Assembly (NCBI GenBank): GCA_964016885.1
Contig: OZ024744.1
Coordinates: 119,474,001 to 119,538,000, forward strand
Reading direction: 5' to 3'
DNA from: Eledone cirrhosa
Taxonomy: Eukaryota
Length of the DNA: 64,000 nucleotides
The notes beneath the pieces were generated by a model. It was not told the origin of the DNA. It was given only the letters and a program-made list of their open reading frames with translations, and did no database searches. Of this stretch, positions 24,701 to 36,410 are shown piece after piece; the first letter of the stretch is position 1, and every line of letters starts with the position of its first letter. Position numbers and translations under genes: made by a program.

Positions 24701-26890
24701 ACCAAGATGGATGCATGCTACTTGAATACATGAAGATATGCACGGCTTTCCAGCAGCACTTTGCACAACTGTTTGAGCAGAGCAGTGTGTTAGACTGGGT
24801 GATGGACTTCAGTCCCTACCATGACTCTCGGACATAGATGCAGAGAACTGCGAAAGGCCGATCACAACCGCTGAAATACAAGATGCCCTAGGCCACTGTG
24901 GGAAGCATAAATCACTCAGTCTCGATGGTCTACCCTATGAGTTTTACATAGGCATGCCAGACTTGTTCTCTGGTGTCCTCGAAGTGGTCTACTGCAACTG
25001 GCAGCCGAATGGGAGCATTCCCAGTTCTGTAGGTAGAGGCGTAGTAACGCTGATCAAGAAAATTAAGAACAAAGGGGACAAAATAAGCAATGTCAGGCCC
25101 ATAACTCTGTTCAACACAGAGCTGAAGATTTTGGCCAAGGTGTTAGCAACAAGGCTGGCGTTTGTCATTGAGAGCCTGGTAGGAGAAGCACAAACATGAA
25201 ATCCCAACCATGTCCATACACGACAACCTCCACCTCATGCGATACATCATAGAGAGGGTAGGGTGTAAACCTGGCTTTGGTGGGGCTTTGATCAATTTAG
25301 ATCAGTCTAAGGCATTTAATAGGGTCGACCATCAATACTTGGAAGCAGTTCTCATGGTGGCCAATTTCGGTCCCGTCTTCAGAGGCTGGATCACTGCCAT
25401 GCACAGCAACATCTACTCGGCAGTCAAATTGAGTGGCTACCTATCGGAGCCATACCAAATCACGTGTTCTATCCACCAGGGATGTCCTCTCTCCTCCATT
25501 CTGTATGCACTGACTCTCGAACCATTACTGCAGAATTTGGAGCTATTGCAAGTCATCCCTATGGAACCAGGACTGCGAAAAGCAGCATTGGCCTATGCCG
25601 ACGACATGACAGTAATGGTGTTGAAAACCTCTGAAATTGGGGTGATCGGCAACTTACTACAGGAATACGAAACGATGGGAGCAAAACTGAACCACCAGGA
25701 CAAATCTGTCGGTTTGCAACTCAGCACGTAGCGAGGCAAACCCATGCTGTCTGACAGCGTCATTGGACACTGGAATGAATGATCGGTGAAATTGCTTGGG
25801 GTCTGGTTTGGTCCAGACCTCCAGGTGGAGAAAAGCTGGAAAAAGGTCATGGCAAAGGTATTTGCGCTCATCCAGAAGTGGGTTGAGTGCAAACTCTCCT
25901 TAAAAGGTCAAGCAGAGGTGGTGAACACTTACATAGTGTCCGTCATCTGCTACCGCTTGATGGTCATGCCTTGTCCCCATGATCACCTCGCCAAAATGGA
26001 ACGCCTACTCTTCAAGTTCCTTTAGAAGAAACAGGCTCCATTGGTGGGGAGGTCCATCACTGCCAACATCCTTCTAATGGAGGGCTGGGCATGCCGTGGC
26101 TGATGATGCACAAACAGGTATTCCTGACCAGTGAACCAGTGTGGTCGTCGTTTGTGAGACAAGGTTTTTCGCAACTCGTCTCACTAATGGAGCTGCAGTC
26201 CTGAATCAAGCGAAGACTGAAAATGGGTGCCTGGTGCGTTCAGGTGTTCACCATCCTCTATCAGATGGACACAGCAATCAGCAGGGACTCCACGTCAACA
26301 TTCTATAGAGGAATTTCCATCCAGGGCTTATGAATAACTTCCAGAGGTCTCTGGCCTGGCAGTGCTACCGAGGAGCTCTACCAGTTCTAGACAAAATCTA
26401 CAGGCATGGAGACCTGGTAGAGACTCTGCCAAAAGGACCTGTCCAAGATGCAAGCAGGACATTGAAACCATTCTGCACTCAATTGTACAGTGCCCAGGGG
26501 TGACCTATAGAACTATGTCGAACAGCAACTGTCATGTGTGGGACGCATTCAGTTAAGAAGGAGAGGTGGTTTTCCTCTGTCTGGTGGCTATGGTGAAAGA
26601 GGTAATATGGTGGACGAGATTAAAAGGACTGAGGACAAACACCTTCCTCTCCGGACATTCCCTTCTTTACCACTTCAGAAGAGAGTGGAGAGAGGTGCTG
26701 CACCCCAGTAAATTTACTGAAAGGTGGGTGAATGTGGCAAAATTGACCCTTGTCTGTATATAAACCTGTAGGTTATATATACTGTTATTCTATAACAATT
26801 TAAACTTTTTTTACATACTTAAATGTTAAACCCCCGCTACACGTCCTGTAATGTCCCATTTCTTGTGCATCCTTGTGGCAAATAAAGAAA
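21785..26890 (+). mobile_element. Full-length decayed Tx1/L1-clade LINE (ORF1, APE endonuclease, RT, CCHC)
   Basis: ORF1 remnants 22030-23560; ORF2 from ATG ~23597 (VAVYAPT, SYLDRF, SDHK), RPITLFNTELKILAK, LDQSKAF, QGCPLS, AYADDM, CPRC..ETILHSIVQC; AATAAA at 26881; candidate 13-bp TSD at 21772-21784 / 26891-26903. Confidence 0.9.
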
Positions 26891-26959
26891 TCTGTCTATG
26901 TATCTATCTCACTATCTGTCTGTTTGTCTATCTATATCTATCTTATATAAAAACACATG

Positions 26960-27340
26960 GTAAACTGGGATATACCCTTCTAGGTACTCAGAATTTCTCT
27001 AAGCATGCTGATGTTATTGTTGCTTTATTCAGAGATCAGAGAGTCACTCCAGGTAGAGCCGCTACTTCTCCAAATTGAGAGATCACAGCTCTGATACTAT
27101 GACATGTGGTTAGAATGTCTCAGGAAAGAATCTCTGGACAGATTTTATGGACAAAACCAACCAGCAGGAGACTCAGAGGGAAATCCCGAACAAGATGGTT
27201 GGATAACATCCATGAGCTTGGCTGGTCTCACTTGGGGATTCAGTCGGATTAGTTGGAGACACTTGCTTGGAGGGAGTGTTTGAGGACTCTGACCCCATGA
27301 CCTTCTCAGGAATAAGCAGGCGAAGAAGATGAAGAAAAGT
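26960..27340 (+). mobile_element. RTE-type LINE 3' end fragment
   Basis: HVVRMSQERISGQILWTKPTSRRLRGKSRTRWLDNI, matching the 'GHV.RM..R..GRP..RW.D' C-terminal pattern. Confidence 0.65.
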
Positions 27341-27654
27341 ATGAATTAATATCATCATTTAATGTCTATTTTCCACACTTTCTTAGACTAGACAGGTGAT
27401 CACATTGAGACAAGTGGGGTGACCATGTCTTACTCGTACACAACTGTTAGCATTGTAAATATATAAATCATCATGTTTGTTTACAATATGGTGGGGATTG
27501 AAAATTTGAGAATTGAATTAGAACTTTTGCATATTTTGACTACAGAAAATAGTCTATCAGAGCATATACATACATACACAGACACACTGTCCCCTCGTTA
27601 TCGAGTATGCCCATTGCACGATATAACATTATTAATAATTATCAATTAATGCTA

Positions 27655-28012
27655 TAGTGTAATGCCTGTGCGTGAAGATATTTTTAAAAGTGAGGAAAGA
27701 CTGTGCACTGAGCCAATCCCACTCTCTGAGCGACAGTAGCCTTCTCTTAGAAGAATGCCCTGACAAAGGCTAGGGGTCCTTCATTCCCAGTGGTTTAACT
27801 GTGCGATTGGGTATCCAGCCTGATTATTTCTATCTCCCCGCTCATACACATGTATATACATATTTACACATTTTTGGATGGCCGTTGACTCTTATGAGTT
27901 CTTCTGCACTTTGTCAGGTTTTGTTTTTTGTCCTGCAGGGTGTCCAAAATCACCCTCCTCACCAAGTAAACTTGGTGGGGTTGCCGGTTTAGTCACCAAC
28001 AACCCGACCATG
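27655..28012 (-). mobile_element. Short interspersed family C, copy 1
   Basis: Shares GTGAGGAAAG.CTGTGCA..CCCACTCTCTGA and GGTGTCCAAA.TCACCCTCCTCACCAA with 28030 and 29411. Strand inferred from an (ATGT)-like tail. Confidence 0.65.
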
Positions 28013-28029
28013 TGACATACATATGTATA

Positions 28030-28541
28030 AGATGGCTGCAAACTCTGCTAAGAGTATTGCAATCACTTGTCAGATTATAGAGTTTGGTGCACTTTTAGGC
28101 TACGGCCAGCCACACAAACCTGTAACAGATCCTGAACAAGCAATGCCTGTGCTTTGAAGGTTTTTTAAGTGGGGACCAATCCCACTCTCTGAACATCGAA
28201 AACACTTCCTGAAAAGGAGAACTGGTCAACATCATCGAAACCGCAGGTTTTTTTTCAGAGTTTCCCTCTCTTAGAAAGGTGTTGTGACAACAACTGGGGG
28301 GGGGGGGGGGGGGGCCTTTTCAATTCCAGGTGAAAATAAAAAATAAAAAAGTACTATTTAGATGGCTGTTGACCCTGCTGAGTTTCTCCGCCCTGTATTT
28401 AATCCCGCAAGGTGTCCAAATATCACCCTCCTCACCAAGCAAGCTTGGTGGGGTTGCCGGTTTTGTCGCCGACGACCCGACTATGAAACAGGTTGTACTG
28501 GGTTACATGTTACCAGTAGTACTTGAGAGCGACCTGACATA
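28030..28541 (-). mobile_element. Short interspersed family C, copy 2
   Basis: As copy 1; the most complete copy, flanked by TACA repeats. Confidence 0.65.
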
Positions 28542-28559
28542 ATAAATACATACATACAG

Positions 28560-29180
28560 CAATGTGGAAGACATCCATGTACATAATATGAAAGAATTCT
28601 GGTGGAATGTTCCAGTCAAAAGTCCAATTTAATGCAGGCATAACAGACCGGATATAATGATATGGGACAGGGAAAAGAAGGCATGCACAGTAGTGGAAAT
28701 TAGCTGCCCAGCAGATGCCAATATAATATCAAAGATTAGCAAAAAGGAGAATATTTATGTAGAACTAATGAGAAATCTGCAGATACTCCACCCTGATTAT
28801 ACCTTCAGATTTATGCCTGTGATTATTGGGGCACTGGGGTATGTTAGTAACTGCCTCAATACAAATCTTGAGAAGCTAGGCTTCACAGGAACAGAAAGAA
28901 CACAACTAGTTATGAAATTACAAGTACAATCCATTAATGGAACAGTAAAAATATGTAAAACATTCCAAAAATTCTGCATTTAATAACTGCATATATACAT
29001 GTATAGTTACAAAGCATATACACATGCACACATTCAACTCAAAACATTCACATCCACACATACAATAACATCCATACCTACACATGTATATATGCAGACA
29101 TATCTACCTAGTTGATGTGTAAATCCCAATGAGAGAGTCTTGTGTCTATGTTAGAAACAGACTCTCTCTCTATTGGTAAA
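28560..29180 (+). mobile_element. RLE non-LTR retrotransposon 3' fragment (PD-(D/E)xK endonuclease)
   Basis: FWWNVPV..HNRPDIMIWDREKKACTVVEISCP..KENIY..PVIIGALG; ORF 28657-28983 runs to the stop. Confidence 0.85.
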
Positions 29181-29190
29181 CATTTATAAA

Positions 29191-29382
29191 ATAATTGTTT
29201 CTACTTTTGGCACAAGGCCAGCAATCATCTCAGTGTATTACTGGTACTTTATTTTATCGTCCCCGTAAGGATGAAAGGCAAAGTTAACCTCGGCGGGATT
29301 TGAACTCAGAATTGCAAGGGCCGTAACTCTATGCGTCAAAGCATGGCGTCCAACCCTCTACCTATACTGCCAATCCACTGCC
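29191..29382 (-). mobile_element. tRNA-derived SINE family A
   Basis: Matches 82-272. Confidence 0.85.
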
Positions 29383-29410
29383 ACATAGCATTTATAACAT
29401 TACATACATG

Positions 29411-29870
29411 ATGATGGCTGCAACTCAATTTGGAGTAATGCCATCACTTGATACTTAATCATGACCATCACTGACGTGACCTTTTAGTCCTGCTAGGGAC
29501 TTGCCTGTGGCCAGCAATACCATGTATCGCAATAAATGTCACATATCAAGCGATGTCTGTGCTTGAAGTGTTTACAAGTGAGGAAAGGCTGTGCACGGAG
29601 CCAGTCCCACTCTCTGAACATCCAATGTATTTACCCCAAAAAGTAGAACTGGTCTACATTATTGGATACAAATGAAGTCGTAGATTTTATATTAGAGTCA
29701 CCTTCTCCTAGAGAGATGTCTTAATGAAGACTAGGGATCTCTCACTCCACTGACCCCCCCCCCAAAAAAAAACTTTATTGGATGGCTGTTGACTCTCCTG
29801 TGTCCCTCTGCTCTTTGACAGGTCTTGTTTTTCAACCCTCAGGGTGTCCAAATCACCCTCCTCACCAACC
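29411..29870 (-). mobile_element. Short interspersed family C, copy 3
   Basis: Same conserved blocks as 27655 and 28030. Confidence 0.65.
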
Positions 29871-29926
29871 ATTCATACACCGAGTGCCCTGATCTGTAGT
29901 TTCCCCAGTCTCAACACTGCAGACAC

Positions 29927-30525
29927 AGATCATCACCGTTTAACGTCCATTTTCCACATTGGCATGGGTTAGATGAGTTATTCTGTTGTGAGAAATGCCA
30001 AGTCAGGTGACCATGTCATACAGAACTGATTCTGGCTTGGTTTCTACAGCTAGATGCCCTTCCTAGTGCCAACCTCATTTACAGTGTGTACTGGGTACTT
30101 TTTGTTGTGACACCTACATGACCACTTTACAGTGTGTACTGGGTACTTTTTGTTGTGACACCTACATGACCACTTTACAGTATGTACTGGGTACTTTTTG
30201 TTGTGACACCTACATGGCCACTTTACAGTGTGTACTGGGTACTTTTTGTTGTGACACCTACATGACCACTTTACAGTGTGTACTGGGTACTTTTTGTTGT
30301 GACACCTACATGACCACTTTACAGTGTGGACTGGGTACTTTTTGTTGACACCTACATGACCACTTTACAGTGTGTACTGGGTACTTTTTGTTGAGACACC
30401 TACATGACCACTTTACAGTGTGTACTGGGTACTTTTGTTTTGACATCTACATGACCATTTTACAGTGTGTACTGGGTACTGTTTGTTGTGACACCTACAT
30501 GACCACTTTACAGTGTGGACTGGGT
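29927..30525 (-). mobile_element. SINE family B with about 9 tandem 48-bp units (30078-30525)
   Basis: Reverse complement of the 2077-2543 organisation. Confidence 0.85.
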
Positions 30526-30526
30526 G

Positions 30527-31260
30527 CTGTATGACAACTGATAAAAACAATGCCAATCTCCAACTCACAATCTCCAACCAGAAAATTGCTCAGGTTACGG
30601 AGTTTGTATATCTCAGTCACAAACTATCATCAAACAACAATGGAATGGTTGCTGTGCAGTATCACATCACTCTAGATTGGGCAGCTTTCAACAAGAACAA
30701 GGAAGTACTAACATCAAACAACAATAGAATGGTTGCTGTGCAGTATCACATCACTCTAGATTGGGCAGCTTTCAACAAGGACAAGGAAGTACTAACATCA
30801 AAACGAGTTTCCTATCATTTGAAGGCTAATATCTTTGATACTTACATCCTACCAGTTGTGTTATATGGTCTTGACTGTGTTAATTGGACGACAAGGTCAC
30901 TTCAGAAACTCTCTACATTCTAGAACCACATCATGAGACTTATGACTGGCAAGTAGCTCAGCAACTGTATCTGTATCAGTGAGCTGCTCAACATTACCAG
31001 ACTTAGTCCAATTATATCAATTGTCAAGTTAAGAGTACTCAAACTATATGGTCATGTAAAATGATCAACTCATGGTGTGAATAGGTTATATCTGGAAGGA
31101 AAGTTGGCTGGTAAGAGAAGTAGAGGCCAGCAGCCAAAATGATGGCTTGATAATGTCAACTTATAGACTGGACTTGATCTTTGCTCTTTGAACTCTGCTG
31201 TTGGTGATCAAACTTTGTGGAGAGAGATACCACATGTTAATGCGTAGTCTGCAACTGGTG
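30527..31260 (+). mobile_element. RTE-type LINE 3' fragment with an 84-bp internal duplication
   Basis: QVTEFVYL, YILPVVLYGLDC, KLYGHV, GKRSRG; NNxxMVAVQYHITLDWAAFNKxKEVLTS occurs twice. Confidence 0.75.
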
Positions 31261-31494
31261 GAGTTTAGCGTCACAGTGGGTACTTTAGTTTTGGAGAAGT
31301 GGGTATTTGGGTATGAGTGAGGGGCAGAGTGTTAGAACATGGGAGGTAAATTAAAGGGTGGGGTGGAGGTGGTGCACTCTATATTTCAGCCTGTGCTCGT
31401 GGGAAGTCGGGTCTTCTGTATTACTGTGTAATGCCAGAGGTCACAGTCCTTTGAGAAGTGCATTTGGGCAAGATCAGCTTTTGTCACCTCATCC

Positions 31495-31660
31495 CAAGGC
31501 TTCCATCAACTTTTATTGCTCTGCACCTTTTTATGCAGATGTTATCCTTCATACGCATCACATGTCCATACCAACGCAATCTCCTCTCTAGTATACATCA
31601 TTTGATTCCTCTTATGCTCAGTCTCTCTCTCAATTAATTTATGCTTTGCTATTCACATAT
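31495..31660 (-). mobile_element. RTE LINE 3' fragment
   Basis: Reverse-complement match to 14345-14475 (RLRWYGHVMRMKDN..IKRCR). Confidence 0.7.
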
Positions 31661-31715
31661 AAAGTTATGTAAAGTTATGTTGGTCCCACAACATCCAGGC
31701 CGAAACAAATGAGAT

Positions 31716-32414
31716 CGTGTAGGTGTCACGACAAAAAACACACAGTCCACGCTGTAAATGTGGCCGTGTAGGCAACACGGTAAAAACCTCCCAGCCCCAC
31801 ACTGTAAATGTGGTTGGTGTTAGGAAGGGCATCCAGCTGTAGAAAACCCGCCAGACAGTCCACGCTGTAATGTGGCCGTGTAGGCAACACGGTAAAAACC
31901 TCCCAGCCCCACACTGTAAATGTGGTTGGTGTTAGGAAGGGCATCCAGCTGTAGAAAACCCGCCAGACAGTCCACGCTGTAATGTGGCCGTGTAGGCAAC
32001 ACGGTAAAAACCTCCCAGCCCCACACTGTAAATGTGGTTGGTGTTAGGAAGGGCATCCAGCTGTAGAAAACCCGCCAGACAGTCCACGCTGTAATGTGGC
32101 CGTGTAGGCAACACGGTAAAAACCTCCCAGCCCCACACTGTAAATGTGGTTGGTGTTAGGAAGGGCATCCAGCTGTAGAAAACCCGCCAGACAGTCCACG
32201 CTGTAATGTGGCCGTGTAGGCAACACGGTAAAAACCTCCCAGCCCCACACTGTAAATGTGGTTGGTGTTAGGAAGGGCATCCAACTGTAGAAAACCCGCC
32301 AGACAGTCCTATGTGAGCAAGACAACCACTCTTGCCTCAAGTGGGAAAACCCCCGTCCAAACCCATGCAAGCGTGGAACACGGACGCTAAACCTGATGAT
32401 GATGATGATGATGA
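31716..32414 (+). mobile_element. SINE family B subfamily with a 112-bp tandem array (about 5 near-identical copies, 31745-32309)
   Basis: The unit includes the GGAAGGGCATCCAGC core; ORF offsets of 112; single (GAT)n tail. The tail's reverse complement also occurs at 1-45. Confidence 0.88.
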
Positions 32415-33470
32415 TTACTATTACACATCTATCGGAGCATGCAGGCTTCGTTTCTTTCTAATCTATGCAAGTCTTCCACCTTCAGCGCCCAGGTCTCACT
32501 ACCATGTAACATCGCTGTTCGTATGCACACATCGTACAGTCTGCCTTTCATTTTGAGGGAAAAGCCTTTTGCAGCTACCAGTGGCAGTAGCTCCCTGAAC
32601 TTCTTCCATCACGTTCTTACCCTGGTTACTGTACTTTCCGAACACCCACCTCCGCTGCTAATTCGGTCACCTAGGTAGCAGAAGCTGTCTACTGTTTCTA
32701 CAGACCCCTCCCAGAATTTTGTGGTACTTGTTTCCTGTGGCTGTTTGCTGCTTGCTGTCCCAGTACAGCTGCTGCATGTAAAGCCTACATTCCTAACTAA
32801 GCTTCCTGAGATCCCGCTACATCTCTTGTGTACCCATTGTTTGCATTTGGGGCAGAGAATGGAGTTCCTACCTACACCTTTCCTACATACTGAGCAAGGC
32901 CATTTCCCTGAGGGGATCTGGGTTCTGTTTTTACATCTACTTATGAGGACCTTAGTCTTTGTCAGGTTGACTTTGAGACCCTTTCTTTCTAGTCCCTGCT
33001 TCCATGTTTGGAATTTCTCCTCTAGTTCCACCATAGATTCAGCTATAAGTGCGAGATCATCCACATACAGGAGTTGCTATAGGCATCCGGTCTTAAACTC
33101 CTCTGTTATAGCCTGCAAAACTATGATGAACAGGAGAGAGCTATGAACAGAGCCCTGGTGGACACCGGCCTGTATGCTAAATTCCTCGCTATAGTCATTG
33201 CTAACCCTAACTTTGCTGACTGCTCCCCTAAACATGGCTTGTACAGCTTTCACAAGCCATTCAACTGCTCCTAGTTTTCTAAGAGCCCACCAGATTATAA
33301 CGCGAGGCACTCTGTCGAAGGCTTTTTCCAGATCGACGAATGCCAGGTAGAGCAGCTTACTTTTAGCTAGGTACTTTTCCTCTAACTGCCTCACAAGGAA
33401 GAGAGCATCAGTGGTGCCTCTTCCTGGCACAAACCCAAACTGCATCTCATCTAGTTTTACCGTGTCACTC
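32415..33470 (-). mobile_element. RTE LINE fragment (RT with PHD-type finger), same family as 12350-14480
   Basis: QFGFVPGRGTTDALF, FVDLEKAFDRVP, LLYVDDLAL, CSVC..CPKCKQWVHKRC..CSSC, FCYLGD. Confidence 0.92.
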
Positions 33471-33739
33471 ACACAACCACTTTACAGCACAGGCTGGATG
33501 TTTTGTGGTACGAACATAACTTTACAGAGAAAGGGTGGTTTGGGTGGGAGTGGGAAGATGGAGTAGGGGTAGTGGGTTGGGGTGTATATTTGGTTAAGAG
33601 GTGCCTACTGACTGTAGGTTTTGCTTTGTACATTGGCAAGGCGGGTCTTCTGTATTACTGCATAGCACCAAAGGTCTCAGTCCAGTGTCATTGTCTTAGA
33701 GAGGTGCAAGTGTGCAAGGTCAGACTTTATCATATTGTC

Positions 33740-34005
33740 CCAGGTTTTTCTGGGTCTACCTACTCCATAACTTCCATAAATTTTGATCACCTGCACTTTT
33801 TTATACAGCTGTCATCTTTCATGTGCATCACATGACCATACCAACGTAATCTCTCAAGTAAACTGCATCTGATCCCTCTTATTACTAATTTCTCACTTAG
33901 TTCATTTATGTTTTGCCGTTCACGTATATTACTATTACACATCCAACGGAGCATGCATGCTTCGTTCCTTTCCAGTCTACGCAGGTCCTCTGCAGACAAT
34001 GCCCA
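33740..34005 (-). mobile_element. RTE LINE 3' fragment
   Basis: RRLERNEACMLRWMC..ERLRWYGHVMHM. Confidence 0.8.
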
Positions 34006-35827
34006 TATATGCAAAAGGTAAAGAGAAATAAAGCAAATAACACAGTACAATGAAGAAATATATTAGTTTAACGATTGATATAGAAGGAAAAGATTCTTTG
34101 CTTTTTGGACACTAGTCCTTCATCAGAAAATAGAATGAGAAATAAAAGAGAGAAGGTGAAGAAACGGAAAAAAAAAATTTGGGACAAAACACAAGTGTAT
34201 TCTGTTAACCATTTGGAAGAAAACAATTATGTATATTTCAAGGTGATACATTCGCTCCATTTTTGTTCATTATTATTTTGGATTATTCACTGAAAGAAGC
34301 ATTTACAATGTCTGATAGAGATTGTAGAGTTGTTATAGAACCCATGAGGGGATATGACTAAAGGATTTGGCTTAAACTAATGATATCATGCTGATCAGTG
34401 AATCACTGTAGTTGATTGAACATTTATTACACTCTATTTCAATTAATTAATGAAGAATGTTGATGGATTTACTAAAATTATTAATTATTTCATTACTAAA
34501 ATAGTAACTTAATGTAAGGTTTTTAGTGAGTTGGTCCCAGGGTTACTTACTCCAGTAAGTACCACTGGATCCCAACTACTAAATTTAATAAAAATAAGAG
34601 ATAGAAGAATTTTTATACAAATTCATTTCGCATGAAATTATCTCTCACTACATTAGAAGTAATGACTGAAGCATAATAAGTTTCTCAAGACGAGTATCAA
34701 AATAACTTGCATTTAATGTAGTCCATGTTACAAAGGTGGTAAACAAATGTCCTGAACCATAAGATGTGGTTGGAAAAAGGTTAGCATGCTTGCGCTCGAT
34801 GTGATCACTTCCAGGGTTGATCGGCAAAAAGAGAGGGAAATGAACTTCAGTTCACTCTTTTATAAGCCTTTGAACGGAAGTTCAAAGAAGGTTCTAGAAT
34901 TTCAACGGGAAGTAACTCTAGCTACTTCCCTTGTCTAGAGAGCGCTACAGGTTCTTATATAAAATTATGTTGGAAGATTTTAATTTAAATAGGAAATCTT
35001 TAAAATAGGTGGTTTTATTTCATAGAACCAGGGGTGGTTTAGGCTGGGTTGGTAACTAAAGGGTTAAATAGGAACTTGTAGTGGATAAGTGGTATTCTTT
35101 TGATAGATGTTTTGATCAAAAGAATAATGCCATGATTGAGTTGTTAACAACGTTTATTTCATAACAACATATTATAATATTCACTTTGAACATCGAGTAA
35201 TATTATTTATGACATGAATTATCCATACATTACTTTGTTAACTAACTTCTACGAGTTAGTGTAAATGCATGTATCAGAGAAAACGATATAGTAAAAGTTG
35301 TGTTGTATCTTACAGATACAATATGACAGGAAGAATAGAGTGAGCATAGAATGTAAACAATATGAACTTACTATGTGTGTGTGTGCCTATTCTTAGAATA
35401 CATTATTGTCGTAGTATTAGTGGTCAATCTGTCAGGCAGGCATGTCTGGTTGCCTGGCTGTGTTTGTGGCCAAGAAGGTGACAACCAGTAAGGGCCAGAA
35501 GAGAGATAGAGTGAAAGGTCTGCTACATCGTGAACCTTACCATGGACTGCTTGCTTCGGTCTCTCTGGCCCTTAGATTCCTTAACTCCTTGTATTTATAA
35601 TAGTGCTGTAGTTAGAAGGATGTGTATATGAGGTTGATTTATGATCAGCCATGTAGATATCGTCTCCCCAAGAAGCTGGGATCAGAGGTCAAGTGGAATG
35701 TACATTTATCATCCCTGTCTTGACAGGACAATGGTGGGAACCTCCAATGATAGATAGTCCCAGAGGCGAGAAACCTCAGATGCGGTTTCGAATCTTCACC
35801 AGTAAAACATAGGAGTATTCCGTTATA

Positions 35828-36045
35828 AACTCTTTATAATGGGTGGTTTTATTTGATAGAACCAGAGCTGGTTTTGGCTGGGTTGGTAACTAAAGGGTTA
35901 AATAGGAACTCTTTATAATGGGTGGTTTTATTTGTTAGAACCAGAGCTGGTTTTGGCTGGGTTGGTAACTAAAGGGTTAAATAGGAACTCTTTATAATGG
36001 GTGGTTTTATTTGATAGAACCAGAGCTGGTTTTGGCTAGGTTAAA
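35828..36045. repeat. 79-bp tandem repeat (about 2.7 copies) ending in a piggyBac-like AAAGGGTTAA; related single copy at 35005-35076
   Basis: Periods 35828, 35907, 35986; terminus resembles the MITE end at 11495-11508. Confidence 0.75.
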
Positions 36046-36209
36046 TGCCAGCAAAACAAAAATTGTAACAGATAGAATCAATGATGATTATCAAGTCAAA
36101 TCTTTAACTGGTCAAATCATTAATTGGAGAAAGTTCTGGCATGAGCTGCAATAAATCAGCTTGACAAAATATGGAAGTCTAGCCTGAACAGAAAACTGAA
36201 ATTTAGATG

Positions 36210-36410
36210 TTTCGCATTAGCCTCACCATCACCCGAAGCAACGCTGCGAATGTGCTGGCTTGCCTCAAAAATCATTAGAGAGGTTGCCCAGTACTCCTGG
36301 CTGCTGTCTTTTGCTCTGGTGTTGGCTCCGTTGTTCGCCCCTTCCTTTACATTTTCTTTAATATTGTAACATTAAAAGAATATATCCTTCTGAGGGAATC
36401 GCGAGCAATT
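36210..36410 (+). mobile_element. Possible CRE/RLE non-LTR extreme 3' fragment
   Basis: FRISLTITRSNAANVLACLK*, resembling the RISxAIQRGNA C-terminal motif of RLE elements. Confidence 0.45.

Noticed and set aside
34520-35830. Possible solo LTRs or other repeats
   Set aside because: No paired termini or TSDs could be established from this window alone.
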